Below are positions 39,424 through 48,313 of a stretch of 64,000 bases of DNA, piece by piece. This DNA comes from Lama glama (taxonomy: Eukaryota). The stretch covers positions 6,574,001 through 6,638,000 of the forward strand of contig CM052816.1 in NCBI GenBank assembly GCA_028534125.1. The letters are read 5' to 3'. Each line of letters begins with the position of its first letter. Position 1 is the stretch's first letter. The translations under genes were made by a program, and so were the position numbers. The notes under the pieces were generated by a model. That model saw nothing but the letters and a program-made list of their open reading frames with translations, had not been told where the DNA came from and made no database searches.

Positions 39424-42153
39424 ATGGCAATAAACACAAATCTATCATTAATTACTGTAAATGTTAATGGACTAAATGCTCCAGTCAAAAGACAGAGTGG
39501 CAGTCTAGGTAATAAAGCAAGAACTTTCAATATGCTACATACAAGAGACCTACTTTAGGGAGATGGACACATATAGATTGAGAGTGAAAGGATGGAAAAG
39601 GATATTCCATGCAAATGGAAAAGCCAAAAAAGCAGGTGTTGCAGTACTGACTTCAGACAAAACAGAGTTTAAAACAAAGGCCATAAAGAAAGATAAAGAA
39701 GGGCATTTTATAATGGTTAAAGGAGTGACACAAGATGAGGATATTATACTCGTTAATATATATGCACCCAATATAGGAGCACCTAAGTACATAAAACAAT
39801 TACTAACAGAGATAAAGGGGGATATTGATAGGAATACAATCATATTTGGAGATTTTAACACCACATTAACATCACTAGACAGATCTTCCAGACAGAAAAT
39901 AAATAAGGCAAGAGAGAAATTAAATAATACAACAGAAAAATTAAATTTGGTGGATATTTTCAGAGCATTACACCCCCCAAAATAGGATATACATTCTTTT
40001 CAAGTGCACATGGAACATTTTCCAGAATTGATCATGTACTTGGGCACAAAAGAAACCGCAGCAATTTTAAGAAGATAGAAATTCTCTCAAGCATCTTTAC
40101 TGACCACAATGCCATGAAACTAGAAATCAACAACAGAGAAACAAAGGAGAACAAAAGGAAAGCATGGAGATTAAACAATATGTTATTAAAAAACCAATGG
40201 GTCAATGAGGAAATCAAAGCTGAAATTAAAAAATACCTTGAGACAAATGAAACTGAAAGCACAACCACACAAAATTTATGGGACACAGCAAAGGCAGTGC
40301 TAAGAGGGAAGTTTATAGTGATACAGGCCTTCCTCAAAAAAGAACAATCTCAAATAAACAATTTAACCCACCAGCTGAATGAACTAGAAAAAGAAGAACA
40401 AAGATCCCCAAAAGGCACCAGAAGGAAGGAGATTATAAAGATTATGGAGGAAATAAATAAAATACAGGTTAAAAAGACCATAGGAAAAAATCAACCAAAC
40501 CAAAAGCTGGTTTTTTGAAAAAGTAAATCGACAAACCTTTGGCCAAACTCACAAAGAAAAAAGAGAGAGCACAAATTAGCAAAATAAGAAAGGAGAATGG
40601 AGAAATTACAACAAACAAAATAGAAATACAGAATATCATACAAGAATATTATGAAAAACTATATGGAACCAAACTGGATAACCTAGAGGAGACGGACAAG
40701 TTTCTGGAAACATACTGTCCACCAAGACTGAATCAAGAAGAAACTGACCACTTGAACAAACTGATCACTAGAAATGAAATTGAATTAGCAATAAAAACCT
40801 CTCTACAAATAAAAGTCCAGGACCAGATGGCTTCACTGGGGAATTCTACCAAACATACAAAGAAGAACTCATACCAGTCCTTCTGTAACTCTTCCAGATG
40901 ATTGAAAAGGAGGGAATACTCCCAAACTCATTCTATGAAGCCACCATCACCCTGATACCAAAACCAGGCAAAGGCACTACCTAAAAAGAGAATTATAGGC
41001 CAATATCACTGATGAAAATAGATGCCAAAATCCTCACCAAAATATTAGCAAATAGAATCCAACAACACATAAAAAAGATTATACATCATGACCAAGTGGG
41101 GTTCATCCCAGGGACACAAGGGTGGTTCAACATATGCAAATCAATCAATGTAATACATCACAACAAGAGAAAGGACAAAACCCACATGATCATCTCAATC
41201 GATGCAGAAAAAGCATTTGATAAAATTCAACACCCATTTATGATAAAAACTCTCACCAAAGTGGGTACAGAGGGAACATATCTCANNNNNNNNNNNNNNN
41301 NNNNNNNNNNNNNNNNNNNNNNNNNNNNNNNNNNNNNNNNNNNNNNNNNNNNNNNNNNNNNNNNNNNNNNNNNNNNNNNNNNNNNNNNNNNNNNNNNNNN
41401 NNNNNNNNNNNNNNNNNNNNNNNNNNNNNNNNNNNNNNNNNNNNNNNNNNNNNNNNNNNNNNNNNNNNNNNNNNNNNNNNNNNNNNNNNNNNNNNNNNNN
41501 NNNNNNNNNNNNNNNNNNNNNNNNNNNNNNNNNNNNNNNNNNNNNNNNNNNNNNNNNNNNNNNNNNNNNNNNNNNNNNNNNNNNNNNNNNNNNNNNNNNN
41601 NNNNNNNNNNNNNNNNNNNNNNNNNNNNNNNNNNNNNNNNNNNNNNNNNNNNNNNNNNNNNNNNNNNNNNNNNNNNNNNNNNNNNNNNNNNNNNNNNNNN
41701 NNNNNNNNNNNNNNNNNNNNNNNNNNNNNNNNNNNNNNNNNNNNNNNNNNNNNNNNNNNNNNNNNNNNNNNNNNNNNNNNNNNNNAGCCACTCTGGAAAA
41801 CAGTATGGAGATTCCTCAAAAGACTAGGAATAGACTTACCATATGACCCAGGAATCCCACTCCTGGGCATACATCCAGAAGGAACCCTACTTCAGGATGA
41901 CACCTGCACCCCAGTGTCCATAGCAGCATTATTTACAATAGCCAAGACATGGAAACAGCCTAAATGTCCATCAACAGATGACTGGATAAAGAAGAAGTGG
42001 CATATTTATACAATGGAGTACTACTCAGCCATAAAAACCAACAACATAACGCCATTTGCAGCAACATGGATGCTCCTGGAGAATGTCATTCTAAGTGAAG
42101 TAAGCCAGAAAGAGAAAGAAAAATACCATATATTGCTCATATGTGAAATCTCA
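39424..42153 (+). pseudogene. L1 ORF2p (endonuclease/reverse transcriptase), disrupted by several frameshifts and interrupted by the gap
   Basis: ATG at 39424 (MAINTNLSLITVNVNGLNAPVKR); EN motifs NIYAPN and GDFNT; RT motifs [12 protein letters not shown] and [17 protein letters not shown]-terminal AKTWKQPKCPS...WIKK...MEYYSAIK. Split over several frames in the ORF track. Confidence 0.93.
41286..41785. other. Assembly gap of exactly 500 N
   Basis: N run seen directly. Confidence 1.
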
Positions 42154-42229
42154 AAAAAAAAAAAGCGTAAATGCAAAATAGAAATAGACTCACTGACAGA
42201 ATATAAACTTGTGGTTGCCAAGTTTCCAT

Positions 42230-42720
42230 AACCTGATAAAGTATTAACAGACCACCACTCAGCCTCAGTTGAGTGCCTCTAGTGACATGGTGACCCATTT
42301 CTATTTTAGTCTCCTTCAAATCTTAAAATCTTTCTCTTTATATTGACAACCCATTGGTCTCAGTTTTGCCCTAGGAAGTGAATTAGAATAAACTAAATTC
42401 TTCTTCCGTTAAAAATGTATGCTTTTAATTAGAAGGCAGTGATCATGTCTAAGCCAAGTTTTCTCTTTACTGGGACAATGACTCCAATTCCTCCCACCAT
42501 CACAGCGGTCCTTGGTAAACTATGTCAACTTACAAATTCCTCTTTAAGTGCAAGACTGAAAACTGGAGCCAATACTCCTGGTCTGGCCAAACCAGCATAT
42601 AATAGGGCCGACAGTAATCTTTTCTCAGAAACTATATTTTGGTTGACGTTATCCAAGGTAACAGGAGCATTTCCTGACTTGCTAGGATGCCAAAGTTGAA
42701 AATTGGGAATGCTATGCCTC
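42230..42720 (-). mobile_element. CR1/L3 LINE remnant
   Basis: CAGCCTCAGTTGAGTGCCTCTAGTGAC and AACTGGAGCCAATACTCC..GGTCTGGCC resemble antisense CR1/L3. Confidence 0.55.
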
Positions 42721-42939
42721 TAAATCAAGCTTCTGTTCTTATTCCAGTGTTTCTGGGAAATCGTGTTCACATTGTTCACATCTATAAAACAAACACCTTC
42801 TTGTAAGATGGTAACAATTTTCCTAATTACCTCTTCTACAAATATGATTGTTTCATAGCCAATCTAGTTTCTACAACACATCTTTATGATCCATTTATTG
42901 AGTACATTCTCAATATCTAGAACAATACTAGATGTTAAA

Positions 42940-43920
42940 GGATGGAAGAAAGGCCCCCAGAAGGATGGGACTGAGAAGCCACACTCCCACAGTCATGTCT
43001 TCGCAGCAGTTTTATCACTGTGTTTTGAATGGTTGAATTTTCTGTATTATCCTGGATAAAGACAGTGATGTACAAAGCTTTCTCTCCCCAGCCACAATCA
43101 ATACATAGAACAAAAAAAAAGAAGTAAGTTTTGCTGTTTAAAGTCACTGAGAGTTTGGCATTGTTTGTTACTTCAGCAATAATGTAGTTCAATTTACTGA
43201 CTCCACACTAGATACCGAAGTACAGTACTGCTGTAACAAAAACTCTAAGATCCATGGCATGAGTCTAGGGGTGAGATGAGCAATAAGAAAACTGTTCTTA
43301 GAGGCTGGGAGGATCCGTATGGGAAGCTGATAACTTGTCCTTCAGTTCATAAGTCTCTGGAACAAGAGGAGCCCCATGTAGATCCAATGGAGAGAGCACC
43401 ATGTGCCATCCAGAGTTCCTGGACTTTTACTTAAAGCTATAGGAGTGCTGCGGCATCCCTAACAGGGAAGGGCAAAGTGCATTTTTCCTGCAAGAAAGAA
43501 CGTAAGCTAAATACTTGGGATCCAGATGGGCAGAATGTACAGTCACTAACTCTGTTTACCGAATATTTTTGGTTTTCTCCTTCTAAGCACATGATAAAAT
43601 AATTCTTCTTATCCTCTTTGGGGTTAGGAGTGGCCATGTAATTTGATCTGGCCCATGAAATGCAAATGAAAGTGATGCTTGTCATTTCTAGGCAGAAAAT
43701 TCAAGAACCATGGTCCTCTTCAGGAATCTTCCTTAGGGGACTGTGGAGGCATAGGTTGAAGCCCATGTTCCAGCGTAAGAACAAAGGATAACAGCGGCTA
43801 CCATGCAACCCTCAGCAGAGAGGTAGAATGAGCAAGAAATAAATCTTTGTTTATTTTAATCCACTAAAATCTGGGAATTTTTATCTCTGAAACGTAACTT
43901 AACCCAAATGACTGATACAC
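42940..43920 (+). mobile_element. Old MaLR (MLT1H/I/J-like): LTR 3' part, short internal remnant, LTR
   Basis: LTR end near 43205, int-start-like GATACC..TACTGCTGTAACAAAA, int-end-like CCAGATGGGCAGAA|TGT at ~43534, second LTR ending GACTGATACA. Confidence 0.6.
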
Positions 43921-44089
43921 TATGTGAGCTTCAAAAAGGCTCTTAAGTGTATGCCTCTGTTTCCTAACCTGTGATGCAGAGATTAAAAAAAAAAAAAGAA
44001 CTTTATCTCATAGGATTACTGTAAAGAATGCATGTGCTAACATATGTAAAATATTTACAAAAGTAAATATGAGCTACTGGTTCTTTAAA

Positions 44090-44470
44090 AGATTTTCATC
44101 ACATCACATCCCCTGGGCCCACCTGATTTCAGCCACAGCTACAAATATTAGCCCTGTGCATGCTCAGACTAACTCTGCTGATAGACGTGCACCATAAATT
44201 TAGGCTACATTTCTATTTTCTACCCCATAATATGGAAGCCTGTTCAAACCACAGACAAGATTAGTCCAGAGACAAAGGGAAGTTATCACCCCCAGGAGCA
44301 ACCTTCAAACAATGGGAGGCAAGACTTGCTAGATTAAAAAAAAAGAAGATGCTCAAGTATTCAAGTGAACAATTCCAAGAGGTTTTCTGTTTGATTATTA
44401 GGAAATCCTAGTGGAATTGACTCCCTATTGAAGCTCTCTGAGGTTTTCTACACCTTTGTTTCCCCTCTGT
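44090..44470 (+). mobile_element. LTR33-like ERVL LTR fragment
   Basis: TGATTTCAGCCACAGCT...GCTCAGACT...GCAACCTTCAAACAATGGG...GTGGAATTGA. Confidence 0.55.
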
Positions 44471-44877
44471 CCTTGGGTGTCATCCAAAGATACTGTCAAA
44501 TATTTGAAAAAGTGCCCTTCACACCCACTTCGCTCTTCTGAGTCTTCCTCAGGCAAAACATCCCCAACATGCAACAATCAAACATCCCTTAAGGATACTG
44601 AGCCCCTCAACATTCTCACCATTTTAATTTAACTAGAAAGTATAAGACCCAGGCAATCTGGGTAATAGATATGTATACAGTTTCTAGGAAGCTACTCTGA
44701 CTTGCTGTCCTGAACTGACAGCTCAGTAAAACTGAGTTCTTTTCACATTAATACTTTCAAGCACATCTCCCAGTTTCATATCTTGCAATAGCCTTTTGAC
44801 CACAATAAAAACAGACATCTTCATTACTAAATTACCTTGTTACATATCTATTTAAAATGCTGTATCACTTAAAATAA

Positions 44878-44950
44878 TATATGTGTGTCTGTGTGTGTGT
44901 ATGTATGTATGTGTGTATATACATATATATATATATATACACATACACAC
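44878..44950. repeat. (TG)n/(TATG)n/(TA)n microsatellite
   Basis: Seen directly. Confidence 0.9.
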
Positions 44951-45489
44951 CATTTCATCAGGAACTATTTCACTCTACTACCAATCTTATAAGGCAGCAC
45001 TGCTATTTTATTCATTTTGCTGATGGGGGAACTGACAGTCATGGATGTTAAATAAGTTCCCTATGGTCATACAGCACGTAGGAGGCATAACAAGGATTTG
45101 AACCCCTGGCCTACACTAGAGCCTGCACTCTAGTTCCCTAGAGTTCTTTGTTACTCCTACACAACCTCCTTGCATTGAACCTGTTATGGCATCCTTTTTA
45201 GACATCATTCTATTTGATTAGACCATGTCACAGTGTGGAGATGACTCTGAATCTTTAATATGCTGGCATATGTATTGTGTATCTTCCCCAGCCTCTAATT
45301 TGCAACCTGTTATAATTTTAACGACCATGACATCTCAAGGAGATATTGCATTCCTATATTTAAATGTTTTTCCTACTTCATTAGAAATATATATTAAAGT
45401 CTGTTGATGGTGAGTTCACCATCAAAGCTTATCATTAATTAGAAGGCTCCAATTCTAACTCTGCCATGACTTTCTGTTTGTGTCATTAA

Positions 45490-45895
45490 GGCTGTACAAT
45501 AAATTTTCTAGGTTCTCCATCTTCTGTGCACATGGTAGGACAGCACTTCCTGCCCTTGTCGTGTTTAAGTATATACACAAGATTACCCTGGTCAACAAGC
45601 TGTGAGCTATGAACAGAGGTGGCATATATTATTTACTTCAGGCTAGGGCTTATAATTATCTACTTGAGACCTTCTATAGCTTCCTTTCTGTCTACCACAA
45701 TAATAAGCAAGTTCCCAAACAGGGACCACTCCACTAGCCTGGATCCCAGAGCGAGCAAAGCATGGGACAGATCCTCCAGCTGACCAATGATAAATTTGTA
45801 GTGTGAGTGAGAAACAAATCTTTACTTTTTTAAACCACTGAGATATGGGGGTTATTTGTTACAGCAGCATAAACTGCCCCATCTTAACCAACAGA
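45490..45895 (+). mobile_element. MLT1I/J-like solo LTR about 1.7 kb upstream of the NMUR2 ATG
   Basis: GCACATGGTAGGACAGCACTTCCTGCCC...GAGAAACAAATCTTT..TAAACCACTGAGAT..GGGGTTATTTGTTACAGCAGCATAA. Confidence 0.7.
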
Positions 45896-46069
45896 TTATT
45901 ATTGGACAAGTCACTTTACCTCTTTAGTCTTAATTTCATCATTCAATTTAATAAATAAAAGGAAAAGAATAATTAACATTTAGTGAGCATCTCAAGTATA
46001 AGGTGCTTTAACATATGTAATTTCATTTAATCTTCTCAACGACTATGTACGGTATCATCCCTCACTAAA

Positions 46070-46805
46070 ATATTCCCAAATCCAAAGGTATCTCTCAGGT
46101 CTACTGCTATCATAGTAATCTAAGCCACTACTATTTCTTTCTTGGAGTATTGTGTTGGCCTCCTACCTACAATTTTGTTAAAACTTCGTCCTTCCTAATT
46201 CTCTGGCTCAAAACCCTACAAAAATTTCTCTGCAGCTTGAATCAGATCCAAAGTCCCTGTAGTTTGAAAAAGAGACAAACTTTTTTACCAAATCCTAGAA
46301 AATTTATATAATCTGGTCCTTTCCAGTCATTTCAATCTTCACTCATACTCTCCTGTCCACTCATGAAGTTCCAGCTATACTAGCTTTTTTGATGTTTCTG
46401 AAATGCATCAGGCTTGTCACTGCCTCAGGATCTTTGCATTTGATGTTACTCTTGCTGGGAATACACTTCCCTTAGCTCTTTTATGATTGACTTTTCTTCA
46501 GTCAAAACTCAGCCCAAATAACATCCCTGAGATGTCTTCTTTGACCATTCTTGATAAAAGAGTACCTCCAGCCTTAAGTTTGTATGGCCCCATCCTTCTT
46601 TACAGCACAATTATTATCCAAAATTGTATTAGTTTATTAGTTTGCTTGTAGGTTTTCAGAATTTCCTACTATAAAAAAAAGTTCCACGAAGGCAGAGACT
46701 TTGTCTTGCTTGTTCATTGATGTTTCTACAAAGCCTAGTGTATTACCTGGTACACAGAAAATTCTCAAGAAGTATCTGTTGAATAAAATAAAGTGAGTGA
46801 ATCTC
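46070..46805 (+). mobile_element. L2 3' end
   Basis: CTGCCTCAGGATCTTTGCATTTGATGTT...GAAGGCAGAGACTTTGTCTTG...CTGGTACACAG...GTTGAATAAA. Confidence 0.75.
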
Positions 46806-47289
46806 CAATTTACAGATAAGGAAATGAGGGCCCAAGAGTTTGAGTAAACTTACTAAAGTCTTACAGGATTTCTACGGGTGTGCATGATTCTAAATCCTAC
46901 TGCTTTTTGCTACAATAATGCACTGTCACAAGAGACTGAAGTATCAGCAGGCAGGGCTAGATGATGTGCGAGCGCCCTTCTAGGTTTAGGGTAATACCAC
47001 GGATGCAATCAAATCCAAAAAGGCATATTGTCACGCTTTCCCCAGGGAGCCCTAAATTGCCAATGGAATAAGACAACTAGAGAAATTTATTGATCTCTTA
47101 TTTTTGTCAAGCTGCAAAGGTGACAAGGATCAATGGAGATTTGTACTCTTCTACCCAGGACCCTGCAACCTAAATTTGTATTTCCAGATTCCCACAGCTT
47201 TGCAAAACGCACTGCTCTGAGTGCCCACACCTTATTTAAGTTAGTATCACCGTCTGTATGAGCTCTTTTTCCCAGCTGCTTCCAATTCA

Positions 47290-47587
47290 GAGAAACGTCT
47301 CCCCCTCCTCTCCTGCTCCCTGCACTGAAGCCAGCTCGCCCCACCCAGCTGTCCTCTCGCTGAGCGTCTGACACACACATTGGCCCACAGCGCGCGGAGG
47401 GGCGGGGCTTCCGTCTCGGGGGCTCTTCAAAAGGGCTCCGAGGTCCGCGCAGCCCAACCTTGCTGAAGCACTAGCCTTCCCCAGCTTCCTTCAGCGAGTC
47501 TGTGCTTTCCTGCCTGCTTGCTCTTTCCTTTCTGGCTCAGCTTGGGACAGAGGCTCCTATCAGAGCAGGCTCTGGTCTTGGATTTTA
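47290..47587 (+). promoter_or_regulatory. Probable NMUR2 proximal promoter/5'UTR; GC-rich, with an Sp/KLF GC box
   Basis: Local rise in GC and CpG (e.g. CGCGCGG) against an AT-rich background; consensus GGGGCGGGGC at 47399-47408, ~180 nt upstream of the ATG. The TSS cannot be fixed from sequence. Confidence 0.65.
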
Positions 47588-48313
47588 ATGGCAGTGATGG
47601 AAAAACATGAGAATATTTCCTGGATCTCCCAACAGGAACTGGAAGATCCATTTAAGAAATTCCCGAACAACACCGAGGACTACCTAACCTTGCTCTGCGG
47701 GCCTCAGCGCAGCCACCTCTTCCTCCCGGTGACTGTGGTATACGCAGTGATTTTTGTGGTAGGGGTTGTTGGCAATCTCCTGGTGTGCCTGGTGATTCTT
47801 CGGCACCAGACTATGAAGACACCCACCAATTATTACCTCTTCAGCTTGGCTGTTTCCGACCTCCTGGTCCTGCTTCTTGGGATGCCCCTGGAAGTCTATG
47901 AGATGTGGCGCAACTACCCCTTCCTGTTTGGGCCGGTGGGCTGCTACTTCAAGACGGCCCTCTTCGAGACCGTGTGCTTCGCCTCCATCCTCAGCGTCAC
48001 CACAGTCAGCGTGGAGCGCTACGTGGCCATCCTCCATCCGTTCCGCGCCAAGCTGGAAAGCACCCGGCAGCGGGCCCTCAGGATCCTCGGCGCCGTCTGG
48101 GGCTTCTCTGTTCTGTTCTCTCTGCCCAACACCAGCATCCATGGCATCAAGCTCCACTACTTCCCCAATGGGACCTTCGTCCCGGGCTCTGCCACCTGTA
48201 CAGTTATCAAGCCCATGTGGATCTACAATTTCATCATCCAGGTCACCTCCTTCCTCTTCTACATCCTCCCCATGACTGTCATCAGTGTCCTCTACTACCT
48301 CATGGGGCTCAAA
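47588..48313 (+). CDS. NMUR2: Neuromedin U receptor 2, coding exon 1 (aa 1-242; N-terminus to TM5)
   Basis: [15 protein letters not shown]...[12 protein letters not shown] (TM1 GN), FSLAVSDLL (TM2 LAxxD), SVERY (TM3 ERY), ECL2 Cys in SATCTV, ...[10 protein letters not shown]. Closely matches human NMUR2 as recalled. Ends at AAA|GTGAGT donor (48314), 726 nt, phase 0. Confidence 0.97.

Larger units (their letters stand above)
38666..42222 (+). mobile_element. Young LINE-1, 5'-truncated within ORF1 and 3'-truncated within the 3'UTR; contains the assembly gap
   Basis: ORF1 C-terminal half, ~400-nt spacer, ORF2 endonuclease/RT/C-terminal fragments, then 3'UTR start ending at ...GTGGTTGCCAAG with no terminal poly(A). 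Confidence 0.95.

Noticed and set aside
41012..41870. Long ORFs (271, 198, 195 aa) spanning the N run
   Set aside because: Artefacts of translating through the gap.
46968..46986. GAGCGCCCTTCTAGG as a possible reverse CTCF site near the promoter
   Set aside because: Spacing does not fit the CCASYAGRKGGC core; too many mismatches.
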